NCBI GenBank assembly: GCA_963814365.1
Contig: CAWFCL010000005.1
Coordinates: 68,219-132,218 of the forward strand
DNA length: 64,000 nucleotides
Direction: 5' to 3'
Origin: an uncultured Actinomycetes bacterium
Lineage (GTDB): Bacteria; Actinomycetota; Thermoleophilia; RBG-16-64-13
Shown: positions 17,565 through 26,555 of the stretch, piece by piece
Layout: the number at the start of each line of letters is the position of its first letter
How positions within the stretch are numbered: position 1 is the stretch's first letter
Program-made: the position numbers and the translations under genes
Notes under the pieces: model-generated
Seen by the model: the letters and a program-made list of their open reading frames with translations, nothing else
Database searches by the model: none
What the model was told of the DNA's origin: nothing

Positions 17565-18110
17565 TTACTCCTCGCCCTTAATGATCTTCTGAAGAGCGAG
17601 CAGGCCACGATGCTGCAGGGCCCGCACCGCGCCCGCTCGCCGACCCAAGACTTCGGCCGTCTGTTCAGCGCTCAGTCCGCCTATGACGCGTAAAGTCAGC
17701 ACCGCTCGTTGATCCTCGGTCAAGCGCCCCAAGGCCGAGAGGACCTCCGCTGTAGAGATGCTGTCAATGGCCTCAGTCTCACTGTTGCCGCCCTCGAGTT
17801 CGTGGACAGCGTCATCGAGCGGCTTCTCCGCAGGACGCCTGCCCGCTGCTCGCCAAGAATCTATCAGCCGCCTATGGGCGATCACGAACACCCATGACCT
17901 AAAACCTGACTCATCGCCCTCGAACGTCTGAATGTCCCTTGAAACCTGCAGGAAGGTCTCGCTGGCAAGATCCTCGGCTTCCGCGGACCCGCGAGCCGCC
18001 AAGTAGCCTTTGACCGAGCCCACCAGATCACGGTAGAGGGCGGCCCAAGCCCATTCAGCGCCGGTCTTGGCTGCCATGATAGTGCGGCTGAATTCGGGAC
18101 CTAGGACCAT
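17565..18110 (-). CDS. ECF-type RNA polymerase sigma factor (sigma-70 family, regions 2 and 4)
   Basis: EDLASETFLQV...FRSWVFVIAHRRLIDSWR is region 2. LSAEQTAEVLGRRAGAVRALQHRGL is the region 4 HTH. Confidence 0.9.
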   Translation of the reverse strand: MVLGPEFSRTIMAAKTGAEWAWAALYRDLVGSVKGYLAARGSAEAEDLASETFLQVSRDIQTFEGDESGFRSWVFVIAHRRLIDSWRAAGRRPAEKPLDDAVHELEGGNSETEAIDSISTAEVLSALGRLTEDQRAVLTLRVIGGLSAEQTAEVLGRRAGAVRALQHRGLLALQKIIKGEE

Positions 18111-18170
18111 GCTACTCCGCAGATTTCAGGGACTTGTCAGACCCGTATGGTACCCCCCTTCGAGTCATGT

Positions 18171-18208
18171 GTAGGCGCCACAACCGCCGGAGCGGCTATG
18201 GCGCCTAC
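18171..18208. terminator. Perfect 10-bp stem hairpin between the DUF5667 gene and the ECF sigma gene
   Basis: gtaggcgcca (18171-18180) pairs with tggcgcctac (18199-18208). The 18-nt loop contains a ccgc/gcgg sub-stem. Confidence 0.45.
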
Positions 18209-18264
18209 TGTCCCGTGGTGGGACCGGGGAGATCGGCACTGCCAAGTGCCAGATCGTGGGTCGA

Positions 18265-18948
18265 TCAGTTGCCGTTCTTGTTGGCCTCGCCGCTCTGGTT
18301 CTGATAAGTCGGGCCGTTCTGGTTCTGGTACTGATAGGCTTCGCCGTCCTGCACTGGCTCGCCATCCTGGTCTCTGCTCTGGGTCTGCAACTGGGTCTGG
18401 GTCTGGGTCTGGGTCTGCGATTGAGTGTGTGTGCGCAGTTGCTCGGCCTCGTCCGCGATCAACCGAGCACGTTCAGCCACACCTTGCCCGAACTCACCGT
18501 TCTGACCAGTGGCACCTTGAGCCATTTTCTGCGCCATATTCTGGGTCATCCACTGCAACATCTCCGCCACTCGAGCGCGAATCTGGTCGGATTCACCCTG
18601 GTTGCTGGTCTGCACGGCGTTCTGGACAGCGTTGGCAGCCTGCACCAGCGCGCCGTTGGCCTGGCCGTTCTCATCCAGACCGGCTTGGTTCTGAAACGCT
18701 TCGGCAGCGTGCCTCAGCCCATTCTCTACCTCGCCTCGTTGAACCAGCTTAGCTGCTTCTTGCACCCGCTCTTGGGCGCCACCATCGCCGAGACCGATCT
18801 GTTCCATGGCGCAGTCAAGCCCGTAGAGCGTATCTCCAGGCGCCGCATTGTTAGCCGCGACACCCACTCCTGCGAGGCTACCCGCCGCCACGACTGCGGA
18901 CGCGATCACCGCGGCCACCTTGGTGCTCAATATTGTAGACAAGATCAT
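18265..18948 (-). CDS. Secreted/anchored DUF5667-like protein with a (TQ)n low-complexity tail
   Basis: MILSTILSTKVAAVIASAVVAAG signal/anchor, then PGDTLYGLDCAMEQIGL, paralogous to 16591-17499. GGAGG lies 8 nt before ATG 18948. Confidence 0.7.
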   Translation of the reverse strand: MILSTILSTKVAAVIASAVVAAGSLAGVGVAANNAAPGDTLYGLDCAMEQIGLGDGGAQERVQEAAKLVQRGEVENGLRHAAEAFQNQAGLDENGQANGALVQAANAVQNAVQTSNQGESDQIRARVAEMLQWMTQNMAQKMAQGATGQNGEFGQGVAERARLIADEAEQLRTHTQSQTQTQTQTQLQTQSRDQDGEPVQDGEAYQYQNQNGPTYQNQSGEANKNGN

Positions 18949-19085
18949 CTTGTCGACCTCCAAAGATAGAGTTACCTATATGCCCGTCATCGCGGAGGGG
19001 GCAAGAAGTGTTACGCACCAGTCTGAGAACCAGTGGACTCGTGGCTATAATGCACAACAAGATGAGATGCGATGGAGGTGATCGG

Positions 19086-19484
19086 ATGATCGTAGCCATG
19101 CCCTACCTGAACGGAGAGGTGAACGCCCACTTCGGCAGCACGCAGGCGTTCCTGTTGGCCGAGACTTCCGATGGTACGGTGACACGCACCTCGGTCTTCG
19201 AATTGCAGGGGATGCAGCACAACCACGCGGGCATCGCCGGCTTCTTGAAGGAGCAAGGTGCTCAAGCCATCATCGCCGGAGGCATGGGCCATCCTATGCA
19301 GCAGGCTCTCAAGGCCCAAGGTTTCGAATTGTACTGCGGCGTGAGTGGTCCCGCGATCGAGGCCGTCGAAGCCTTGCTGCGCGGCGATATCGAGCAGTCC
19401 GAGACCACATGCGGCCACCACCACGGCGAGCACGCCCCCTCTGAGCGCGGCCAAGGAGACCATCACCACCCAGAGCGACGCTAG
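19086..19484 (+). CDS. NifB/NifX-family (dinitrogenase FeMo-cofactor-binding fold) protein with a His-rich tail
   Basis: HFG....F.L.E...G......AGIAGFLKEQGAQAIIAGGMG layout. The tail is CGHHHGEH...GDHHHPERR. GGAGG precedes ATG 19086. Confidence 0.75.
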   Translation: MIVAMPYLNGEVNAHFGSTQAFLLAETSDGTVTRTSVFELQGMQHNHAGIAGFLKEQGAQAIIAGGMGHPMQQALKAQGFELYCGVSGPAIEAVEALLRGDIEQSETTCGHHHGEHAPSERGQGDHHHPERR

Positions 19485-19517
19485 ACACTCGGTGGATGCG
19501 GCGATGAGGAGAGGCGC

Positions 19518-20723
19518 ATGAAGCGCAGACAACCAGCCCCCGTCCAATGGGTACGCTACACAGTCCAGGTCGCGGTGGCGGCCTTCGTGCTGCTGTTGGT
19601 TGTCGCCAACACAGCAGGTAAGAGCTGGGCGGGGAACATCCACACCGTCTGCCCGTTCGGAGGTGTGGTCAACCTCTACACGTACTTCTCGGACGGGGGA
19701 TACGTAGCCAAGCTGCATTCGGCCGTATTCATCATGCTTATCGCTCTTCTGTTAGGGCTGGTGCTGACGGGCAAGTCGTTCTGCGGGTGGATATGCCCGC
19801 TTGGCTCAGCGCAGCAGGCACTCGGCTGGGTAGGCCAACGGCTCTGGCGACGCGCCTACAACAAGGTGCCGCGCTGGCTTGAGCGGGTGCTGCAATACCT
19901 CAAGTGGGCAGTCCTCGTCTGGGTGTTAGTCCAGACGGCACGGAGCGCCACACTGGTCTTTCAAGACTGGGATCCCTACTACAATCTCTACCACATCTGG
20001 ACCGACGAGGTCGCCATATCCGGCTACGTGGTGACCGGGGTCACCCTGGTGTTAGCGCTGTTCGTACCTCGGCCCTTCTGTAGATACGCCTGCCCCTTGG
20101 GAGCCTTCAACGGGCTGTTCAACTCGTTCTCTCTCATCAGCATCAAGCGCGACGCCCAGACCTGCAATGACTGCGGCCGCTGCTCAAGAGTCTGCCCAGT
20201 CAACATCGACCTATGCGCGAGCACGAACATCCGCAGCATCGAGTGCACCCGTTGCCTCAAGTGCGTGGATGTCTGCCCGCAGAATACTGCGGCCGGCGAC
20301 ACCTTGAAGCTCCACACCTGGTTCGGGGGCGCGGGTAAGACTCGGCGCTCAGTCTCCACTTGGCTCTTTGCCGGCATCGCCGTGATGGCCTTCGCTCTGC
20401 CCATCCTCATCACCACCCTCAGCGGTGACTTCCAGATCACCGGTGGCCACGGTGGCGGTGGCGGTGGTGGCGGCGGTGGTGGTGGCCGGGGGGGCGACCA
20501 GAGCTACGAGTCGCTCGAGCAGGCACCCCTTGATGGCATCAGCGTCAGAGGCAGCACGAGCTTAGACGATCTCGAGGGTCAAGGAGTGGACATCGCCGGG
20601 TTCCTGCGCGAGTTCGGCGTTCCCACAGAGATTTCAATGGAGACCCGCCTGCGAGAACTCACCGACCTCTACGGATTCACCATGGAGGAGGTCCGTGCCT
20701 ATTTGGAGAACGGGGAAAACTGA
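19518..20723 (+). CDS. NapH/MauN-like membrane polyferredoxin (4Fe-4S binding) with a poly-Gly linker and an extra C-terminal domain
   Basis: CPFGG, FCGWICPLG, FCRYACPLG, CNDCGRCSRVCP and CTRCLKCVDVCP motifs, with several TM helices. A run of about 14 Gly (20449-20495) precedes a ~75-aa acidic domain. Confidence 0.8.
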   Translation: MKRRQPAPVQWVRYTVQVAVAAFVLLLVVANTAGKSWAGNIHTVCPFGGVVNLYTYFSDGGYVAKLHSAVFIMLIALLLGLVLTGKSFCGWICPLGSAQQALGWVGQRLWRRAYNKVPRWLERVLQYLKWAVLVWVLVQTARSATLVFQDWDPYYNLYHIWTDEVAISGYVVTGVTLVLALFVPRPFCRYACPLGAFNGLFNSFSLISIKRDAQTCNDCGRCSRVCPVNIDLCASTNIRSIECTRCLKCVDVCPQNTAAGDTLKLHTWFGGAGKTRRSVSTWLFAGIAVMAFALPILITTLSGDFQITGGHGGGGGGGGGGGGRGGDQSYESLEQAPLDGISVRGSTSLDDLEGQGVDIAGFLREFGVPTEISMETRLRELTDLYGFTMEEVRAYLENGEN

Positions 20724-20764
20724 CGATACTAGGCGTGTCGGCTACAACGTGCAAAGGGGACATC

Positions 20765-21019
20765 GTGGAAGAATCCAACAGCATCGCCCGCATAGCCGTA
20801 TACATCGGCGACTTTCGCCTGGAGGGCGACCTGCATGTCGGCACAGAAGTGGGGGGCCGAAAGCGGCGAGTCTCTGACGTACTCAACGGGGAGTCTGCTT
20901 TTGTGTCGCTCACTGATGTCGCTATGACGGAGGCGAACTTCATGGCAGATGAACCTGAACGCCACGAGATCATCATCATTAGAAAGGGAGAGATCAGTTT
21001 CGTCGTCCCTCTGGCCTAG
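20765..21019 (+). CDS. Hypothetical small protein
   Basis: GTG 20765 follows AAGGGGA (the ORF track starts at 20735). G/C-rich third positions. No family recognised. Confidence 0.45.
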   Translation: MEESNSIARIAVYIGDFRLEGDLHVGTEVGGRKRRVSDVLNGESAFVSLTDVAMTEANFMADEPERHEIIIIRKGEISFVVPLA

Positions 21020-21066
21020 TATGGTGATGTTGACAAAATGACGGGTGCCTACTGAGAGGAGACCTT

Positions 21067-21282
21067 GTGAAACTGAACTGTCGCGATTGCCGATTCTTCG
21101 CAGCCTTTGGCGGTCAACAGCAGGGAAGCGGACAATGCAGGCGCTACCCTCCCACCATACCTGCCTCAGCGAGAGCGGATGAAGTCGATGTTTCCCTGAG
21201 GGCAGGGGTATGGCCGATAGTAGCGGGTGAGTCTTGGTGCGGGGAATACCAGACCCGAGAGCCAGCCCAAGAAGGTTCCTGA
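21067..21282 (+). CDS. Hypothetical small Cys-containing protein (CxxC...C...WCGE)
   Basis: GTG start after GAGGAG; 71 aa. Confidence 0.45.
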   Translation: MKLNCRDCRFFAAFGGQQQGSGQCRRYPPTIPASARADEVDVSLRAGVWPIVAGESWCGEYQTREPAQEGS

Positions 21283-21312
21283 GTCAAGCCGATCGAGGCC
21301 CCCGTCAAAGGG

Positions 21313-21711
21313 CTACAACATGAACTTCTCGGTGTCGATGGTGAAGCCGCTTATCTCGACCTCCGCATCCTTGAGATAGAAGCAGGCGTGCTCAAACTCG
21401 GAGTCTTCGCCGTACCGAATCTTGAGCATGGGCATCACAACGAAGGCTTTCTCGTTGAGCTCTGGTCGCTCGTCCAGAACCGCGGTAGCCTTGATGCGTA
21501 GCCACCTGCGGTCGCTTGCCAAGGCGCAAATCTCGATGTCCGGCTTCGCCATCAGTTGCTTGTAGCACTGCTTGTGCGTGCCCATGCCTATGTAGAGCTT
21601 CCCCTCGTGCTCCATGTAGAAGCTGAAGGGCCGCACCCTTGGCTTGCCCTCTTCTGTCGTCGCGCAAAAGAAGACTGCGGCATCCCTCAAGAACTCCAGC
21701 ACTCTCTCCAT
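21313..21711 (-). CDS. Pyridoxamine 5'-phosphate oxidase-like FMN-binding protein
   Basis: FFCATTEEGKPRVRPFSFYMEHEGKLYIGMGTHKQCYKQL; about 130 aa with a split-barrel pattern. Confidence 0.8.
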   Translation of the reverse strand: MERVLEFLRDAAVFFCATTEEGKPRVRPFSFYMEHEGKLYIGMGTHKQCYKQLMAKPDIEICALASDRRWLRIKATAVLDERPELNEKAFVVMPMLKIRYGEDSEFEHACFYLKDAEVEISGFTIDTEKFML

Positions 21712-21893
21712 CCCGATGCCTCCTCGTCGCGGGGCCGCCTGTTCTGCTTCCTGTAAGCGTACACCCGCGGCATGACGCGCGAAACTGTTGTGGGCAGGTA
21801 CCGCAGACCCCCCCGGGTGCGCTTATGCAAGCCTTACGACCCCTCCGTTGGGCTGAATGACATTACTAGAGGTCGATCCGGGAGATAACCCCA

Positions 21894-22969
21894 ATGAAAC
21901 ATAGACTCGTAGCATTGTCCATCGGCCTGGCTGCGGTTGGGTCAGTGACAGCGGGCGCGGCTGGCTGTGCAACGGAGACCGTCGCCGTCGCACAGACGGC
22001 AGTTCAGGAGACAGCTACGGACTCAAGCGTGACCTTGACCAGTATCCCGTCCTCAGCCGAAGGCTCGTTTCTTGACGTGACCGAGTTGTTCACTGACAGG
22101 GATATGGAGCAGTCGGCTGATATCGATGGCGCAACAATCATCACCGTGACAAACGAGACCGATGTGGTCATCGACGAAGAAGGCGTGTACATCCTTAGTG
22201 GCGACGCCAGCAATGTCACGGTCGAGGTCGATGCCGGCGACGAGGCAAGAGTGCAACTGGTGCTGGATGGCGTCAGCATCGTCAACGAATCAGCGCCTAT
22301 GCGGAAGCCAGTCTGGAAGCGGTCATCTTCTCCAGATCAGACCTGACCTTGAACGGCACGGGTTCTCTTGAGGTCGTCTCGGCCGAAGGCAACGGCATCA
22401 CCTGTAAAGATGATCTGAAGATCACCGGAGGCACCTTCAGCCTCGAATCCACGGCGGATGCCATAGAGGCGAATGACTCCATCTGCATCTCTGACGGTTC
22501 GATCACCATCGTCATCCTAAAGGATGCGCTTCACTGCGAGAATTCCGAAGATCCTTCCTTGGGATACATCTACGTAGCAGACGCGACGTTGAGCATCTCG
22601 GCTGCCGATGACGGCATCCAAGGAAACGCCATAGTGTAGATCGACAGTGGTGTAATAGACATCAAGACCTGCGCGGAGGGTATTGAGGGCACGCGGGTTC
22701 AGATCAACGGCGGCGACATAGACATCAACGCGACGGACGATGGCATCAACACGGCAGCCAAGAGTACCTATGACGTGGTGCTCGAGATCAACGGCGGCAC
22801 GATCGATGTGAACATGGCCAGCGGAGATACCGATGCCGTTGATTCAGACGGAGACCTCTACATCAACGGAGGCACCGTCAACATAGTCGGGAACTCGGCT
22901 TTCGATTACATGGGTGTGGGTGAATTCAACGGCGGCGATGTCACAGTCAACGCCGCGGCGGTGACATAA
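21894..22969 (+). pseudogene. Lipoprotein with carbohydrate-binding/beta-helix repeats (Cthe_2159-like), broken by one frameshift and one in-frame TAG
   Basis: Signal plus lipobox AAGC. There are repeated INGG..D...DDGI units. The frame changes at about 22287-22289 (gaa|atc A-run). TAG at 22637-22639 interrupts AIV*IDSG. Confidence 0.7.
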
Positions 22970-23053
22970 CTGACCCAATCCCAGAGGGGCCGTCCCGGCG
23001 GGAGATGATCTGAGAGGCCCTGCACGTAGGCAACGTCAGAGATATGGTGACGC

Positions 23054-23082
23054 TTGACCAGCCATGAAGTGCCACGTACAGT
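23054..23082 (+). promoter_or_regulatory. Candidate sigma-70-type promoter
   Basis: TTGACC-N17-TACAGT, about 55 nt upstream of ATG 23137. Confidence 0.35.
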
Positions 23083-23136
23083 CTGTTGAGCGCCCCAGTG
23101 TTTTTTAGGAGAGCCGTCAGTTGGGATGTGAGTGCC

Positions 23137-23523
23137 ATGGGCTTCACAGTGACGTTCGACCAGGACAAGAACTGCATCTTGGTCGCATGCTCAGGCAATC
23201 TCGATCTGCCCATGGTGCAGACCGTAGCCACAGAGGTGTCACGGACTATCGCACGTACGGGTTGCCTGCTGATAATGAATGACCTGCGAGACGCGCATCT
23301 TACTGATCACGCTGTTGACGTATATCGCATCCCGAGGATCATGACAGAGATCGGCATCTCACCTCTGGTCAAACGCGCCCTTGTCGTTGGCGACCGCCAA
23401 GAAGAGTTCCGCTTCCTTGAGACGGTGTTCGTGAACTACGGAAACGAAGTGCACATGTTTGCGGACACCGCCGATGCCGAAGCGTGGCTCTTTGGCGCGG
23501 GCCGGAAGACGCTCAAGCCGTAG
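23137..23523 (+). CDS. Hypothetical protein (STAS/SpoIIAA-like size and pattern; weak call)
   Basis: ATG 23137; 128 aa; coherent composition. Confidence 0.5.
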   Translation: MGFTVTFDQDKNCILVACSGNLDLPMVQTVATEVSRTIARTGCLLIMNDLRDAHLTDHAVDVYRIPRIMTEIGISPLVKRALVVGDRQEEFRFLETVFVNYGNEVHMFADTADAEAWLFGAGRKTLKP

Positions 23524-23545
23524 CATCTTGGGGGGGGTATGCGGT

Positions 23546-23976
23546 ATGACACCGACAGAGAAGCACACATGGCATCAGCGGCACCGGCAGCAGATGACTC
23601 TAGGTCAACGTATCGCGGACGGCACCGCACACACCATCGGTTCTTGGCCCTTCATCATCGGCCAGACAGTGATCGTATCGCTGTGGGTGCTGCTCAACGT
23701 CACTGCGTGGGCGCGGGATTGGGATCCTATCCTTTCATCCTGCTGAACCTCATGTTCTCCGTGCAGGCGGCGTACTCGGCACCTTTCATCATGATGAGCC
23801 AGAATCGCCAGGCCGAACGCGACCGCCTGCAGGCGCAGGCCGACCTTGACACCGACGTGAAGGCGGAGCTTGAGATCAAGGACATGCTTGGCCGACTCGA
23901 GAGCATCGAGCACTCGCTCGGCCGGATCGAGGCTGACCTGGCCAGGGTGCTGAGGCCGGCAGAATCGACTGATTGA
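23546..23976 (+). CDS. DUF1003 family membrane protein; frame-disrupted at about 23726-23728
   Basis: The WDPYPFILLNL..S..AA..AP.IMMSQNRQ signature is split: ...ARDWDP in one frame and (S)YPFILLNLMFSVQAAYSAPFIMMSQNRQ in the next. One C appears to be missing from gat-cc(c)-tat. Confidence 0.75.
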
Positions 23977-24031
23977 CCCCGCGGAAGAACTCGACAGGTC
24001 CGTTATATGCTGCCCGCGGGGTGACGTGAGG

Positions 24032-24060
24032 GTATGGGTCGTACTTGATGCTCTTCGAAC
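24032..24060 (+). repeat. tRNA-Val-3'-end-like dispersed repeat, copy 1
   Basis: gtatgggtcgtacttgatgctcttcgaac. A 28-nt stretch is identical to copy 3. Confidence 0.8.
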
Positions 24061-24082
24061 GCAGCCGTGTCGCGGTCAGCGG

Positions 24083-24796
24083 TCAGTCTCTGGTGCCAAG
24101 CAAAGGCCTGAGATCTGCCACGGGGTGAAGGACCAGACCCATCTCCAGGTCGGGGCTAGGAGAGACGAGCCGGCCACTGATGTCCCGCACCTTTCGGGAC
24201 CCAACCATCCACTCCTCGCGCACTCGGAGTCCTGATTCCCTCTCGACATAGACGAGGGCAAAGTCCGCAATGATCTCGCCTGGAGAAGGATCGGGAAACT
24301 CTGCCCTGTAGACGTCAGTCGCCTTGCCATCCACGACCTCTTCCCCAACCTTCTTTGCCGAGAATCCGCCAAGCGTGTCAATCCCCAAACGAGAGGAGTC
24401 TCCCCCCACAAAGTTCTCGAAGCTCGCTTGTGTGATGCCGGACTCAGCGCCCAGCGTAGAGAAGGTGAGCATCTCACCACCCTCCAGTACGGCACCGAAG
24501 TGGAGACTCCCCTGGTAGTAGATCTCGGTCCGCGCTCGCTCCTGGTCGAAGTCGATCAGGTTGTAGTTCTCCGTTTGTGGGTTCGCAGCGTCGGGCATGC
24601 TGTCGATCTGTTCCAGCCAGAACCCGGAGGGAACACCCGTCGAGAGGGGAGGGAGAGTAGGCAGCGCTGGCTCAGTGCTCGTAGGCTTGAGGTCGGCAGC
24701 AGGCGCAGTTGAACCGCAACCCGCGAGCTGCCCGCTGAGCAGAATCGCTTCAGCTAGTAGGATGCAGATGAGAGGTCGCCTGTAGTTGATCCTCAC
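24083..24796 (-). CDS. Hypothetical lipoprotein
   Basis: ICILLAEAILLSGQLAGC lipobox. GTG 24796 follows GGGGGTG (the ORF track starts at TTG 24811). Confidence 0.65.
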   Translation of the reverse strand: MRINYRRPLICILLAEAILLSGQLAGCGSTAPAADLKPTSTEPALPTLPPLSTGVPSGFWLEQIDSMPDAANPQTENYNLIDFDQERARTEIYYQGSLHFGAVLEGGEMLTFSTLGAESGITQASFENFVGGDSSRLGIDTLGGFSAKKVGEEVVDGKATDVYRAEFPDPSPGEIIADFALVYVERESGLRVREEWMVGSRKVRDISGRLVSPSPDLEMGLVLHPVADLRPLLGTRD

Positions 24797-24969
24797 GAAT
24801 ACACCCCCCAAACATAGAACCCAGCGACGGCTTCTCGTGGGTCAAGTCATGTCGCCTAGAGATTGGTATCGGCCAAAGTATGGACGGCAGTCAAACAATC
24901 GTCTTGGTCGCCGTGAGGCTTGCCAGTAGCACGCACTGTGTCGGCCGCTCTTCGTATCTGAGAGTCGGG

Positions 24970-24999
24970 GTACGGACGATACTTGATGCTCTTCGAGCC
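24970..24999 (+). repeat. tRNA-Val-3'-end-like dispersed repeat, copy 2
   Basis: gtacggacgatacttgatgctcttcgagcc. Confidence 0.8.
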
Positions 25000-25062
25000 T
25001 GAAGCGCAGCCGATCTGAATCAGTCGACCGGCTTGCGCACCTACGGCAGCTCGTTATACTCT

Positions 25063-25079
25063 ATAGCGTATTACGCTAT
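25063..25079. promoter_or_regulatory. Perfect 8-1-8 palindrome overlapping the MFS start codon (candidate operator)
   Basis: atagcgta-t-tacgctat. The ATG lies at 25078-25080. Confidence 0.4.
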
Positions 25080-26331
25080 GGAACGCCCTGATACAGACAC
25101 CGAGACCCCTCCTGAAGAGGCCCTGACCAGGGGGCGCTGGCTGACTCCGGGTGTCAGAGGCATCGGGGCCGCCAGCTTCCTGTCTGATCTCGGTCACGAG
25201 GTGGCCACCTCCCTCTTACCTCGTTTCGTGACTTCCACGCTTGGTGGCTCCGCGGCCGCCCTGGGAGCTATCGAGGGGATAGCGGATGGTATCGCTGGGG
25301 TGGCCCGTTTGGCGGGAGGAGCGCTTGCTGACGACCCCGAGAGGCGGCGCCGTGCTGCCATAGGCGGCTACACGAGCACTGCTGTTCTCACCAGCATCAT
25401 CGGCGTCGTGCAGGCGGTCTGGCAAGTGGGATTCCTGCGCGCTGGGGCGTGGGCCGCTCGGGGTCTGCGCGTTCCGGCGCGTAACGCTCTGCTCGCGGAT
25501 GCCGTCCCCAAGGACTACTACGGGCGAGCCTACGGCTTCGAGCGTGCGATGGACAACCTGGGCGCCATAGGTGGGCCCTTGCTGGCGCTTGGACTTGTCG
25601 CGCTCTTCTCGGTGCGCACGGCCATACTGATCTCGGTCGTTCCTGGTCTGTTCGCTGTTCTTGCCATCGTCTACGCCATTCGTCACATCCCGAAGCTGAC
25701 CGCCACCGAACGACAGCGGATACGACTGCGCGTACGCCCGGTGATGAAAGGTCGACTGGGCAGACTGATTCTGTCGGTATCTGCCTTCGAAATGGGAAAC
25801 GTGGCTGCCACTCTGCTCATCTTGCGAGCCACCCAACTCTTCACGCCGTCACGGGGAGTCGCAGCCGCCACCAGCCTTGGCGTGCTCCTCTATCTTGCGT
25901 ACAACGTCGCGGCGACAATATTCAGCATCCCGGCGGGGCACGCCATCGATCGAGTCGGTCCCGCGCCGTTGTTCGGCTTGGGCGCTGGCGTGTTTTTGGC
26001 GAGCTATCTCATGTTCGGTCTCTCCGGCCCCAACATCGGGATCCTGTTGGCCGCCTTCATACTCGCCGGATTCGGCATCGCCTGCGCCGAGACTTCCCAG
26101 CATGCCGCCGTTGCCGCTCATGCCCCCACCGAGGTCCGGGGCTCGGCTTTTGGGTTGCTTGCGGCCGTTCAGAGCTTCGGCAACCTGGCGGCAAGTGGCA
26201 TTGCTGGGGTGCTCTGGGCCGCCGTCTCTCCGAGAGCCGCCTTCATCTATTCTGCTGCCTGGATGTTCCTTGCTTTGATAGGCCTAGGCTTTCTTCGTGG
26301 TATTCCACCAGTGCCGGAGGCGAATCAGTGA
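25078..26331 (+). CDS. MFS transporter
   Basis: About 12 TM helices with an MFS-like loop (ADDPERRRRAAIGGY). ATG 25078; the ORF track starts at TTG 25033. Confidence 0.85.
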   Translation: MERPDTDTETPPEEALTRGRWLTPGVRGIGAASFLSDLGHEVATSLLPRFVTSTLGGSAAALGAIEGIADGIAGVARLAGGALADDPERRRRAAIGGYTSTAVLTSIIGVVQAVWQVGFLRAGAWAARGLRVPARNALLADAVPKDYYGRAYGFERAMDNLGAIGGPLLALGLVALFSVRTAILISVVPGLFAVLAIVYAIRHIPKLTATERQRIRLRVRPVMKGRLGRLILSVSAFEMGNVAATLLILRATQLFTPSRGVAAATSLGVLLYLAYNVAATIFSIPAGHAIDRVGPAPLFGLGAGVFLASYLMFGLSGPNIGILLAAFILAGFGIACAETSQHAAVAAHAPTEVRGSAFGLLAAVQSFGNLAASGIAGVLWAAVSPRAAFIYSAAWMFLALIGLGFLRGIPPVPEANQ

Positions 26332-26555
26332 GGCTGACCGCCCGCAACGTCCTAGGCGGTACGGTGGAGAAGATCACGCATGACACTGTGGTGTCTGAGA
26401 TCCAGCTTCGGCTTGACGGCGGGTTGAAGTTGGTCTCGGTGATCACCCGATGGTCTGTCGATCACCTTGGACTCGCGGTCGGACAGTACGCATATGCGGT
26501 CATACCCGGAGAAGACATTTCAATCGGAAACCCACAAGGAGGAATCTATGAGTAA
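26328..26555 (+). CDS. TOBE/Mop (molybdate/tungstate-binding) single-domain protein
   Basis: RLTARNVLGGTVEKI......EI.L.L.GG..L.SVIT..S...LGL..G......I. The GTG start overlaps the MFS stop (GTGA). Confidence 0.7.
   Translation: MRLTARNVLGGTVEKITHDTVVSEIQLRLDGGLKLVSVITRWSVDHLGLAVGQYAYAVIPGEDISIGNPQGGIYE

Noticed and set aside
16641-17592. Plus-strand ORFs of 300 aa and 196 aa opposite the DUF5667 anti-sigma candidate
   Set aside because: They are Pro/Arg/Ser-rich antisense translations. The minus-strand frame has the PGDTLYG motif and a TM segment.
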